DNA of 63,159 bases, filler included, from Hausera hauseri (Eukaryota), in the NCBI GenBank assembly GCA_046269625.1. It is 11 parts of 11 records of this genome, joined end to end, with 100 filler letters (N's around TTAATTAATTAA, not from the genome) between each part and the next. Parts side by side here need not be neighbours in the genome. Positions count along the whole stretch, not along the records: positions 24,207 to 29,285 come from JBJURY010342712.1; positions 29,386 to 36,764 come from JBJURY010018676.1; positions 36,865 to 41,480 come from JBJURY010502464.1; 8 more parts are not named here. One strand, written 5' to 3'. Below the pieces are notes generated by a model that was not told the origin of the DNA, searched no databases, and saw only the letters and a list, made by a program, of their open reading frames with translations. Shown one piece after another: positions 24,207 through 37,669 of this stretch (its first letter is position 1; every line of letters begins with the position of its first letter). A program made the position numbers and the translations under genes.

Positions 24207-27200
24207 CACTACAAGCAACAATTAACAATATAAACAACAAATTAAACGAGCTTTCCCTGTCCCGGCGAAGGGATTTTGCTGCTAACCGCGGCCCTTATGC
24301 ATCTAGAAACCGATCGCCATCGCCTGTGCGGTCGTCGATCTGCTATTATCACAGCAGATTCAATAAGAATGCCACGAAGTGCTGCCTAGGGTGCAAATTT
24401 TACAAAAAAGTTTTTCTTCAGACACCGTTGTTTGCATTTACCACGCAAACTTTAAAAATCAAGCCCGTAAATGCACTCCAAGCTGCACTTTCAAACCAGA
24501 TACGAACGCCGGACGTACTACATTTTTTTCTAATAGTCGTCCTAGTTTACCTTTTCAAAAAAACTAAATTTGCCGCCAGAAGTCACGGCAAACTCTGGCA
24601 AAGGCACTGCTTCACTTTCTGCATGCCGACATGCCTCTTTTGCTGTCTTTACTCTAAAGGCTGCAATGACCGCTCCTACAACGCAATCCGTTGATTTCCT
24701 CATCGATACAGGTGCAGCGATTTCTTATTACCACAATCTTTTTCTGTATACAATTCACCATTCAGAATTAAACCCTTATACACCACTTCATGTCAACCGC
24801 TGCACATTTCTGGTAGGGCTAAATTTTCCTTCATCTTCCCATTTTCACTGGAAGTTTACAGTTGCTAAAGTCCAGACAGCAATTCTAGTGTCCGATTTTC
24901 CATCACATTATAATTTATTGGTTGACTTAAGTCAACGATGTCTGAGGAGCGGCATCAATGGCAGCATTTCTGAGAATGTCAATAGCATTTTGACTACCGT
25001 GCAGTAGATCGAGACACGGAGGTCAATTTTAGAAAAATCAATAAATAATTCGAATATCCATAACAGTAATTCAATTCGTAAATTTTTAAATAATAATATT
25101 GATACTCGATCGAGGATCGATGTCGATAATTGTGGTACTGTCATCAATGTTCATTCACTTGAAGAAATTACTTCATACAACACCACTTTCAATTCGACCA
25201 TCTCATATCAAATGCCACTTGACTGCACATCACAAAACAATTCACAAATCGCATCCGCTGCTATTCAAGCTGCTTCACCATCATCATCGAATCTATCACA
25301 GTTGCCTACAACTTTACAGCAATTCGCTACCACATTATGTCCACGCGTACTTCAAAAAGATCGTTCGTTTACTCCTACAAACAGCACTGTACATCACATA
25401 ATTACACAGCATCAACGAACAACACGCCAAAAGGTACGACCACTGTCATCTCGTCGTAGACAGGCTGTAGAAGCCGAATTTCTTGAACTAGAACGCTCCG
25501 GAATTGTACGTCGTTCGAAATCTACTTGGTCGTCAACTTTACACGTTGTACAAAAGGACGGTACTTTGGACCATGCGGTGACTACCTCCAGTTGAACAAC
25601 TTGACAAGCATGGATGCGTATCCCTTGCCACTCATCAAGCACATCCTGCATAGCCTTAATTCAACTACCATTTATTCGACCATCGATTTGGCCGAAACAT
25701 ACCATCAAATAACGGTGGCACCCGAGTTCCTCTTTATACCTTTCGGTTTGCGAAATGCCACACAGACCTTTCAGCGACATATTCATTCGATTCTCTCAGA
25801 TTTTCCGTTTGCGCACCCTTACATTGATGATATTCCGATAGTTTCGTCTTCGGTCAAGCAACACGAGGAACACCTTCCTGCAATATTACAACGCTTTAAC
25901 CACCATAATCTCCAAGTCAATTTCGACAAATGTCATTTTTCCAAAAAGCCAATCGACTTTTTAGGCCACGTTATTTCACCAGACGCCCACTCTCCTCAAC
26001 CAAACCAAGTTGAAACACTTAAAAATATCCAGTTATCACGTACGACCACCGAAATGCGCAGCTTCCTTGGTACACTACACTTTGTACATAAATATGTACC
26101 ATATTGCTCTTAATTGACAGCCCAATTTGCACACTTAAGCGGTGGCAAAAATATCAGCCAATCCAGTGGACACCTGAGTTGGTCGACAAATTTAATAAGT
26201 TACGCGAAGGAATTAAGACCGTCGACATTCTCGCTTTCTCCAATCCTGATGCAGAACTCATCCTTACCACAGACGCTTCGACCACTGCAGTAAGTGCTGT
26301 GCTTCGCCAAATCCACAAAGGAGAAAATCAACGGCTAGAATTTTTCTCTCGCAAGCTAACATCCCCTGAAACTAGATATTCAACGTTCGATCAAGAGTTA
26401 TTGGCCATCGTCCTTGCTCTAAAGCATTTCTCCCACCTACTTGTCGCTCTCCATTTTACTATACAAACCGATCACAAACCCTTACTTAACATCATGGCTA
26501 TGAAACATCCTTCCACACGCCAAAAACGACAGATATCATATTTGTCAACATTTAACTTTGACATAGAACATATAAACGGGGTTAATAATTTAGTTGCCGA
26601 CTTTTTATCCAGGTCGGTTATTTCGATTAATTTTTTACCGATTTTTACGCAAGCTCAGCTTCAACAGAACCAGCCACCTCAGGACATGATTAATTCTTTC
26701 AAGTCTCGCACAGTCGGCGTGGCTTTAGACACTTCCAAACCAAGTCATTTCGTAATAATTCTTGCACCATCATTGCAAAGGCAAGCATTCAACAGTGTAC
26801 ATTCGCTACACCATCCTGGTGCTAAAGCCACTTTTCGTTTACTCCATTGACAAGTAATTTGGCCATCAATGCGTTCTGATGTGCTGGCATGGGTTAAGGA
26901 GTGTGTGGCTTGCCAAAAATACAAAACAACTAAGCATTTAAAGCCACTACTGTTCCACTATCCCTGCACATGGCGTTTCGAGTCCGTGCATATCGACATC
27001 GTTGGCCCTCTTCCTCCAGATAACGGTCATCAATTCATTCTCACCATAAAGGACCGTTCCTTGAGATGGCCGAAAGCCATCTCTCCGCAGAACACGAACA
27101 CCGATACCACATCTGACGTTTTCATTTAAACATTGATTAGCAGGTTTGGATCACCTCGTTTCATTATCGCGGACCGGGGCTTACAGTTTGAATCCAACCT

Positions 27201-28483
27201 GTTCAAAGCCCTTGTTAACCAATTGGGGATCCATCACATACATACCACGCCTTACCATCCCCAATCGAATGGCCTCCTAGAAAGCTTCCACCGAACATTG
27301 AAAACGTCACTAAGAATCCTTGCAGAGTCCAACACTAGTTAGACGAATCTTTTTCCGTTTGTTCTGCTTGGCTAGCGGAACACTCCATCTACTTCTACGG
27401 GATGCTCACCTACTGAAGCCTTATTCGAAGCTTCTGTACGATCATTATTCAAACTAACTGCTCTAGATGACACTCCTACAGATAAAACAATACGGGCGGC
27501 GCAAAATCACTTCGTTACGGTCAGCAAAGATTTGTACTTTAGGATACTTTACAAAGACAAAACAAATTTACCCGAAGACTTGTATTCGACAAAATTCGTA
27601 TGGCTAAAAAATCAAACACCGTGCGGTTTTCAGCCGCGGTATCTGGAGCCCTATAAACTGATACAGCTGCATTTACATAATGCTATTATCTCTAAAGACG
27701 GCAAAGAACTTATAGTACATATTACCAACTTAAAGCCCGCCTTCTTTGTCGACGATACTTCATCAATCGACATGTCAACCTCTTTTTTCAATCCTGCACT
27801 CCCTGATGTTCCTTTATCTGTTCCTACACCAGTTTACCAACTCTTTCTGTTTCTAATTTTGTTTCATAATTCTCCACACCTTCGACTTTCATTTCTATCT
27901 CTCTTCCTTTCTCTACCACTTCTTCAGCCTCACTTTCTACTTCTACTCCTTCGCCTAACACAATTTCAATTTCTACTTCAATTTTCGTCTCCTCTCCTTC
28001 ATCCGCTACTTCACCTTTTGTCACTCCTTCGTTTTCTAACCCTCTCTCAAACACCTTCAACTGCCCATCTCCAACAATCGCCCTCCCTCCTTCACCTTCT
28101 TCTTCTCTTCGTTCTGACTCGTCTTTGCACGAAACAACACTAACAACAAAATCAGACAATTTTTCCCCAATTTCAACCTGAGCAAGCAAACACACCGCAT
28201 AAAGACAAAACGCGCAGAGTCACATTTAGCTAATATAGCAGGGAAAAATCAGTAAAAGGCACCCAACGTCTTGTTCACACTAAGACCAACAGACACACAC
28301 TTTTTCGTTTGACTACTTTTCTTTCCGTCTGTTTTGCTCTTTATAGTTTTTATTTGCCACGGGGGTGATGTGGTGCCCACGGCGGCCGATGCCCTTTGGC
28401 CTCTTTGGTCGGGCGCGGCCGGGCATCCGTTGCCGTTGCGTCGGGCCCATACTCGGGCCCGATCTTCCGCCTCGAAAATTTCT
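24207..28483 (+). mobile_element. Ty3/gypsy LTR retrotransposon (CsRn1-like): gag end, PR, RT, RNase H, IN, PPT and start of 3' LTR, degenerate
   Basis: CHCC knuckles; FLIDTGA; PFGLRNA, PYIDD; TTDAS, YSTFDQELLA, TDHKPL, VADFLSR; HHPG..CVAC, HIDIVGPLP, DRGLQFES, YHPQSNG; Pro/Ser-rich tail; G-tract then TGTGGTG at 28369. Confidence 0.95.
24558..24599 (+). promoter_or_regulatory. -1 ribosomal frameshift signal with H-type pseudoknot
   Basis: A AAA AAC TAA; stem 1 TTTGCCG/CGGCAAA; stem 2 CCAGA/TCTGG; the -1 frame is protease ORF 24570. Confidence 0.75.
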
Positions 28484-28635
28484 GATTTTTACTCAAAATA
28501 CCTCTTTTATTATCAACAATTACTAGAAATGTTTTCAAGACGATTTTACCAGTTACCAAAAACGGATGCGTCCTTAAGTAGTCGTTTTGGTACAATGCCA
28601 TCATTGATGGAAAAGAAAGACATAACAGTCTGAAA

Positions 28636-29285
28636 TTACCTTTCTACTATGCCATTGGTGTTGTGATGATACGGGCTCGAATAGCACATCTTGATACCCA
28701 TTGATGCCGTCATGTTTCTAATTACCTTAGATTCAAATGCTTTTCCGCAATCAGTGTGTATCTCTTTCGGTGCGCCGAATTTGAGAATCCAAGTTTTTAG
28801 CACGGTATCTTTTATTGTTACTTCGTCCTGTTTTGCTATAGCCGATAGTGATATATATCTGCTAAACTGGTCTATGATGGCCAATATATATTTTTTCTTC
28901 CTCCAGGTTTCTTTTAACGGTCCGCAAATGTCAATGTAGATCTTCTCGAATGGTTCGTTTGCAGTGAGTCTCAGGGTCTCTTCCTTCGTACCCGTTGTCA
29001 CGGTCTTGTTTCGTTGACATGCCTCACAGCGTCCAACAACTTCCTTGACGGTGTCTTTCATGTTTTTCATGTCGTAGTTATTGCTTATGTATTTTGTTAC
29101 TTTTTCTATTCCGGCGTGAGATAGCATGACGTGGCATTGCTTTATCATTTCTCCCCTCTTATCCGTTGGTATCCATATCTTGCCTTTTCTTGTCTTCACT
29201 ATACCATGTTCTACTATGAATTTCCAATGCTCTTTCTTTGAGATGTCTTCTTTTATTTCTTCAATTTCTTTGCTGTCTTTTTGAT
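28636..29285 (-). mobile_element. Ty3/gypsy integrase fragment (different family)
   Basis: H..SHAG..CEAC zinc finger, IYIDICGPL, IIDQFSRY, TDCGKAFES, PYHHNTNGIVER; truncated. Confidence 0.9.
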
Positions 29286-29385
29286 NNNNNNNNNNNNNNN
29301 NNNNNNNNNNNNNNNNNNNNNNNNNNNNNTTAATTAATTAANNNNNNNNNNNNNNNNNNNNNNNNNNNNNNNNNNNNNNNNNNNN

Positions 29386-32300
29386 CAACCTAGTGGATTC
29401 CTGGAGTCCATCCTGACCACAGGCGTTCCTGCAATATCTGGTACTTCTGCAAAGTCTGCTGCCATGACCTGTAACTCATTAAAGAAATCATTATGTGACA
29501 AATGTGCAAGGTTACCTGTCCATTCTGTAATCCGGGTGGAAAGTCCTGGAGACATCCGTCCTGTTTGGAGCTCACATGTAGAGAATCCTGTGGATTGGTT
29601 AATGGACATCCTAACAAATATCAAAACAATAAGTAATACATCTACTCAATTTAAATTTAGTCTGTGCACAGATTTTAGCCAATCATTCTAATTTTTTGAG
29701 TTTCAATCCTTTAATGTTTCCTTGTATCTGTGAAAGAACAAATACTGTACCCAATGAACGTGTCTGTCCCATTATTATCTCCAGTTTTCTTCAGATCTCG
29801 GTTTCTGAAATGAGTGCCATCATCTGATCTTAAAGATCTTCTGGAAAACCATATCTCATAATGTAATGATGGATCAAGCACTGTATTACAGTTGTCCTTC
29901 TTTTTTCCGCTGGCGATGTCTCCAGCCAACTTAAACATGCGTTCACACATATCAATACTTACCTGTGTTTTCTGTCGGGAGTCATCATACCTGTGAAATC
30001 AAAACCGATGTCTCTTTCTGGTTGTGTAATTAAAGAAAACGTCCCAAAGACCATGTCTCTCAGACTGGAATGTAACTAATATTCCAAGTGTCCATCCTCT
30101 GTGAAATACCTACCTGTCCAATTCCATATTCTTCCTGAAGTACCTGTATTCTCAAAGTAGGAGGAAAAAATTACGTAACCATTTGGTCCGATTCACACAA
30201 ATCGTTCTGCTGGTGAAACCTCCTTTAGATGTTGGATGATTTTTCTCCAGATGGTTCTGGTCCACCTGTTCAATTTCAATACGCATTAAGAGGGATGTCA
30301 ATCATTAGCAGTCCTCCTAGTGGCCTAAGTTCTTGAAAAACTGCTACAGTTTCTGCTTCAACTGTTGATTTTTTCTAATCGTATTTCATGCAGTCATTCA
30401 CAACAACAAATGTAAAACAAACAAAATATTTTCACCAATCATCATTTCACTCTCATATATTTTTATGTCATTTCGTGCTGTGGTTATTAATTCTGCATTT
30501 TTTATCCTATTCTATAAAGTAACAGTACTATAATTCTGAATCACTGCAAATATGACATTTTTTTTCGTTTCATATTTTAAAACAGGAATCTTTTATATAA
30601 ATTTTCTTAGATTCGAAGTAACTGTTGACCTGTGACCTCCTCCGTTTTTCTGTAACAGAATTGTGTGCACTTCAATTCCGTCACAGAAAATCCAAAGATA
30701 CTGGAAATTGTAAGGAGTCAGAGCCAATCATTTCATAAATATAATTAGGAACATAATTATTAACGTATATGTCAATACAAAGAAAATCTAATATTTAATC
30801 CATCACAATTGTGGGTTATAGTGATAGAAAATCATGGAAATGTGTCCTGAAAATCCCTAAATGTCTGCAAACAATCCCAAAAAATTTAAATCCTGGCACA
30901 CTTCTGCGTAAATCTGTCTACTGTAAATCAGCTGGTATCAAAATAGAAGAACAAGCTTGTGTGTGGCCTCAATAAAAAATACATTCCAATTGAATACAAG
31001 AAAAAGTTATCAATATACCAAAACAACGTCACACCTTGTAATAAATTACATTTCGAAAGTGTCTGGTATCCCCTCCCCCGAAGCAGGCCGAGAATGTGTG
31101 TGGAGAAGAGCAACAGCAGAGAGTCGTTAGAACACAGCAGGGAGCTTTTGACAACACCTCCCAATTCCACAGGCTGGTGACTAAGAAATGTGTGTCACTA
31201 TTTCTGGGTCCGACAAACTGCAACAGCAATACACACAGTGTAGTCCTACCCGCCAAAATAGCGTCATAACGCCCTTGGAACTATTTAATCTTAACTTAAC
31301 AGAAAAACAGATTGACATGGAGAAATTTCAGGGGGTTGACCCATCAAGGCTTGCGTCCAGATCCAGGGAGTCCGGAACAAGAAACAGGATATTAGCTGGA
31401 TGTGTTCAGCTGTGTCCAGGTGTCAGTCAGTTGCTCCATCGATTGCTTCGTGGAGTCATCGTTCATGCGCACAGAGTGTTCACACTTCATGCAAATGCGT
31501 GGTGACAGGCAAAGTGTGTTGCACCGCAGAGAAACCAACCACTGATACTGTCCGATCAGAAAGTTTATAGGAAGACTTGACAGCGTTCATAGTGGAATAT
31601 TTTGCACACGTATCCACCAAAAAAAATATCAACCATTGTCCAACATTTGTCCCAGTAATCAGCAGATCCATCAATGATCCCTGATGTCAATGTTGTCCAG
31701 CGTGAGCGTACTGTGGAACACACCGTGATAGCAATGCAGCAAATTGAGGCCGTGACGTCATTCCGGTGTGCGACGCACCGTCACCCGCAGGTGTGTGGGG
31801 ACATTTTATAATCCAATGTCCTCGTTCGCCACAATAAAAACATACGGTCCTCTGAATCCAGTCTCGTCCACCCATTTGCCGTGCACTTTGACCATCCGGG
31901 CTCTCCCTTTCAATCGCCATGCCAACCTGAAACTGTAGTTTGCTCAAATGTAGCTTAACTTAACGCGGGGGGCCAGATTGTATTGCTGCGACAGAATTCG
32001 GAGTCAGAGCAAGGTTTATTCGCTACCTATGTATGTAGCCTCATCAATCAGAAGTTTCAACAATTGTTTTTTCAACAGCCCCTGCTGATCCACTTCAACT
32101 CTCTGCACATCCCGAAATAACCGCAGATAGTGCAATAAATGTTACTTCCACTTCATTATCGCAACCCAGCAACTCAGCCACAGAAGAAAAGACACCAGAC
32201 CCCTCAAAATATGTGTAGAACGTGATAATATTAACTAATAGGTATAATTATTTTATTAGGAAAACATTTATTTGATTCAGTATTCAGTTAAAACAATTAA

Positions 32301-35300
32301 TTTGTTTCCTGGCCAAATAAGTACTAAACGCTTTACTGTTCTGTATTTCATAGATTACCGTTATGATAATACTCCTTTTACGAATGACACAATGTATGGT
32401 GTGTTTTAAAAAATGTATGACCCATAAATTAATATTTAAAGAAGAAAACTACATGATCCAACATTACTTTCAATATTTTTCTGGCCGCACATTAAGCATG
32501 TCTGCTCCCAGCTTTTTAAACAGTATGCAGATTAAAGCCGTAATTTGGTCCTGGAAAGATTTCTACGGTTCTGAACCATAAAAACTAACAATAATGTTCT
32601 CCTGCAAATCAATGTCCATAGTATCGGCAAAATCAAACTGCAGCACAAAGTAAAAAGTAAATTTATTTATGTATTAATTATTTACTATTCTTTTCTATTT
32701 ATTTATCAATATTATTATCATTGTATATTTTTCTTGAATTTAAGGGTCGTAAGTCAGAGGGACACCCACAGTCACATATACAACCTCCAAAGTACACACA
32801 CACAAACACACACGGAGAAATAGAGAGAGAGAACTCCTGTATTCTAGCAATCACATCCAAACTAAAGCTACAGTTAGCAAACAAAATCAGAAACAGAAAG
32901 TATAAGATCAAAACGTCTCTACGGTCACCGGTGACAAAGAAAGCCTGTTTTCATATCGAGTCAACTCAGCACTTCACAATGACGGAACAGCAGAATGACA
33001 ATACAAAACACAATTAAACTCCGTTCAAAGAGTAGTGATCTAACACAGCATCACAGTTTACCGGATGCTTCAAGCACAGCCAGTCACTCACACATACACA
33101 CGCAGGCTCACAGCAGGAGGCGGAACACAGATCACACAGACAGACACAGATCTCTTGACTGACAAACACTGGCCAAAAATAATTAAAAAAAAATGAGACA
33201 AACAGAGACAAACTTCCGGAAAAAATAAAAGAAAGGGAAAGAGAAAGAAATATTTCAAAATAAAGTCTCAGGCAAAATCAAATACGCGGCCGCGAAATTT
33301 AAATTCCACACATTAATATTTCCAGTTTCCCATCCAACTTCAGAGCAGGGTCAACCTCTGATACAATTTCGCCAGTGTCTATGAAACCATATCCTCAATT
33401 TTAGAGTATGAACTGGTTACCATACCGAAATCAAATTCTGAAATTTACCGGTCGCAACTAAATATGTTACGACTATCTGATCCAAATGACCCAATTAATT
33501 ATTAGTAAGCCAAACTCTCTACGTATTTTTAGGATATACAGGACAATATCCAGAGTCTACAATATGAATGCAGTGGAAAAATCCAACTTAATATAAGCCC
33601 GATAAAACTATATATGTTGCATCAGCCGCATCCATAAAACTCAGCTATGTTACACGTGAGCAGTACAAATTCTACACGTGTCAGGCCTGCCAGAGCCTCC
33701 TGTCCAAAATCTTCACTGTGTCCTTTTAATAAAGTCTCCTGGAAGATTTTGTTATTGCTCTGTGACATCAAACCAAAACGAAAGCGCTAACTCACCTGAA
33801 CGATCAAAATGTCCACTGCCAACCACCGGACGAGCCTCCAAATTGTTAAGAAATAAAATAAAATCTAGGTAGTTTAAACTCTGATAAACCGCAAACAGAT
33901 TCTCTTTTCTTTTCAAAGTCCCGGGGCCTCTTTTCACAGCTGGCAATTTTGTGGACAAACGCTCTCAGAGAGATGACAAAAAATCCAGCGCAACGTTATG
34001 ACATCACAAAACTATAACATCTTTAATATACTGTAACCCCTCGTTACAAACACATAACACCTCGTTACAAACAAATAACACCTCGTTATAAACAAATACA
34101 GATTGATTTTACCTGAGACCTCTTGAAATAAAAGACAAAGATGCATCTCTGGAGAAATATACTGATTGTAACCCAAGTCAGCTTTTTTCTAATACATTCT
34201 TGTCGTGCAGCTTCTCTTAAACATGTGGGCGTTTTTTTTCCTTGTTGCTACGTCCCTTTATTCTGACCAATGGGAGGCTTCTTCTGAACTCCCTCAAGAC
34301 CCCCCTCACAGTTTTACACAATAGATAAACCACTGATAAAGTAATACAATAAAATATCCGTTGTTAATATAATAAAATCAAAACAATGATGTTTGTAATA
34401 AACTTGAACAGTTTTCCTAAAGCTAAGACAAAAACATTCATGTTACATTTAAAATCTTATTACATTCACAGACCAACAATTGAGAAAACTAGAAAACACA
34501 TGTTTTCACAGACCAACCCCTCCTTCCTGAGAATGTGAGTTCAGAGCTGGTCCCAACAACAGCCCTAAGTGACCTCCTTCACATATGTATGCGACATCCC
34601 AGAGTCTCCACAGGTGGTCCCCACTGAGAGCCACAATTCAAACAAAGATTCTAACTTAAAATATGTTCAGACAAAGGTTATCTCAGCAGATGGCACATCA
34701 AAGTAAAACTTTGTGATCCTATCTGTGTGGAAACCTCTAAAACTCATCTTCTCGTGCTTCAAACTGTTTTGTCTTTTGTCCCACATTTGGTCAACTGTCT
34801 TCATCTGAGAAACCTCTATTTGCAAGTTAATTTATGCAGCGACCCCCTGCAACTTTTTGCAGGCTGCTGTTCTGTGTCAAGTAAATGCAAATGTAAGTCT
34901 CCTGTCTGTCCCTGGATTGATACACTGTTGATTTGTCAGGAATCTAAGTCAAGCCCTTAGATTCCAACACACACAAATTCTTTATTCCCCTTTAGCCAAT
35001 TTAATATGATTCATAGTTTAGAAATAATATTTTCCTGACAATCCCCATTTTGAGGTCTGATCTACAGACCTCACAAAATTTAAGTATAAAAATATTAGGA
35101 AAACTTAACTCCTATAAGTATGTATTTTGTTATACCAAACATTTTTACAATCCCCATTTTCAAACAGAGGTCCTGTTTGAAATTTTACTACTTGTCTGCA
35201 CCCTCAAACTGTTGTCTCTACAGATAGTATTGGCTGATGTTAATGAAGAAATAGAATTAATAGAGGTTGCGTCCCAAAAATTACCATAATGAGCAAAATA

Positions 35301-36764
35301 CACAACAACATCAACACGTGGCAATGACATCTAAAATGAAGTTCCCTGTATGGTAGTCAAAACACAAAAAATAAGGAACTAAAAACAGTATTAACAAGAA
35401 GAAAAACAAAATCAGACTCCAAATTCTTGTAAAAGTTCAAAATAAATGGTCAAAATTAGTTAGGCCCCAAGCCTTTCTCATCGGACAATTAATGATTAAA
35501 ATGCATGAAGAACTAATGCTCTGGAATGAAACTTTGCCCAAAATATAAAAAGTCCTAATGATTATATCACAAAATGTGTTGCTGTTTTGTTGCAAGATTA
35601 AATTTTACCAAATAATCCTGACGTTACACCACCTAATACTTACCAAAACGTGTCTCCCAGAATACACAACAAATGTATGCATAATATTGTATATCAAAAG
35701 GCTAGTGAAATGTGATTAAGAAGATGAAAAATCAGGTATCTATCTCAATCAAAGCCCTGACTATGTGTCACATTTCGTTCTGGTCTGGCCATATAATACT
35801 TCTGAATTATTTTGAAAATTCCACAGTGTTAATGCTAAAAACTACAATTATCCGTCATCTTCTATTTTTGTAAAAGTGTTAAAAAACCTGTTAGTCCAAA
35901 TCATATGAAAACCGGCAAAACTAACAACCCCAAAAACTATGAAAAATGTAAGACCAACAATATCAATTTGTACCATAAACAGACAATCCTGTGGAGAGAA
36001 AAAATTAAAAACACAATCAAACACAAAAGATTCACATACAAACAATAATGAGTAAGTTGTCTTGTAGAGTTCATAGCTTTGACATTTATATTGTCCTTCA
36101 ACCAAAATATGAGTTCTTTGCAGGATCTAGGCGAGAAAAACTATGCATAAAAAGAAACAAAAGTTCATTCTATCAGGGAGCAATCAAAAATATACGCGCA
36201 AAAACGAAAAGTCTATAGGAGTTCGCAAGAAAACCGAAAACATGCGCAGAAACTAAGACGATCTTCTTGTAACTTGATCCGTAGCGTGCCCGTCGAGTGT
36301 CAAACGTCAGGTTTCCACCTGAGCGTCCGTTGCTCACTGAAAATTGGATTATTATGCCAATATAACGGTGAGTGTAGGAAAGAATGAAACACCTCTCCCA
36401 CTCTCCAATGACAACGGATTAAGGATTATTATGCCAAAATCCGTGTCGTCAAACTTAAATTCTTCAAAACGGATGTGATCCTGGTCCAGAATATCTTGGA
36501 CAACCTTCTGGTCCCGAACTGCAGGAAGTAACGAGGTCCTGGCAGACCTCCTGCTTCACTCCTGCCTGGAAATGCAAATTTTCTTCCGCTCCCAGGAGCT
36601 TGTGTTGTGCTCCTGTGGTGTCGTACTGCGGCTCCACTGAAAGCTGGTGTCTCCACTCCTCCTTTTCTGTCGAAGATCCTCAGCTGTCAACCTAGTGGAT
36701 TCCTGGAGTCCATCCTGACCACAGGCGTTCCTGCAATATCTGGTACTTCTGCAAAGTCTGCTGC
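29386..36764 (-). mobile_element. Degenerate, internally deleted fish ERV-like element; circularly permuted contig
   Basis: Gag knuckle CFYCGERGHWIIKC (~31790-31840), protease FLVDTCAKYS (~31590-31625), integrase RSDDGTHF and STGFSTCELQTGR (29500-29950). The integrase tail continues at 36400-36764 through a 77-bp terminal overlap. Confidence 0.75.
32214..33310 (-). repeat. Putative LTR of the ERV-like element
   Basis: Minus strand TGTGTGG...GTTCTACA with AATAAA near the 3' end, upstream of the gag remnant; boundaries uncertain. Confidence 0.35.
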
Positions 36765-37669
36765 NNNNNNNNNNNNNNNNNNNNNNNNNNNNNNNNNNNN
36801 NNNNNNNNTTAATTAATTAANNNNNNNNNNNNNNNNNNNNNNNNNNNNNNNNNNNNNNNNNNNNTAATATGGGACTTCCGATATTTCCAGTATTGATGAT
36901 TAGGACATGTGACCAGGTGCAATCGATTGGAAATACGATGCACTGTATGAATGTGCAGTTAGAATTTAAATTTATCGATTAGTTATCGAATAATATCGAT
37001 TCAAAGTGCAACTTTGACAGACTCCCCATAGGTTTTTTAGGCCCTAAGGGAGCGAAATTCGATATTATAATTAGCGGAGACAGATAGGAAGTCGACTATG
37101 ACAATCTCAAATATCGAGTCGAATATTCGAAATTCAAAAATTTTTTGGTTTGAATATCAAATATCGAACTATTCGAAAAATCTAACAGCAGAAATCAATT
37201 CCTCATTTACGGTAACCCATATTAAAAATAAAGTATGCAATGAAGATGTACTATATAGGTATAAAATCAATATTTCAAATTAAGCAAAATCTGCATTTAA
37301 AGCCCAGTGAAGCAGAAATCGATAAATCTAATAGCGGAACTGGATAGGAAGTCATGCATATTAAATCGCAATGTGATGTTATATGTTCGAATTCGAGCTT
37401 ACAAGTCGAAAACTTAGCTATTCGAACTCGAATATTCGGTGAAGCATGCATTATTCGAAGAATCTAATGACGCCTTTCGATTTACCATGGTCGAGAACCT
37501 TAAATTTGGCTCCACCATGCATTTAGTTTAATTAATGCATTAAAATAAAAGTGCATTAAATCGATCAATAGTCGGGACAGTAAATGGTGATATGACAATA
37601 TTTTTCATTATTTTCACAATCACTTCAACCAATGGTGACTTTTTTAATTGTGCTCATCAAATAATAAGT

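Noticed and set aside
27824-28195. Glu-rich 123-aa ORF
   Set aside because: It is the antisense shadow of the pyrimidine-rich integrase tail.
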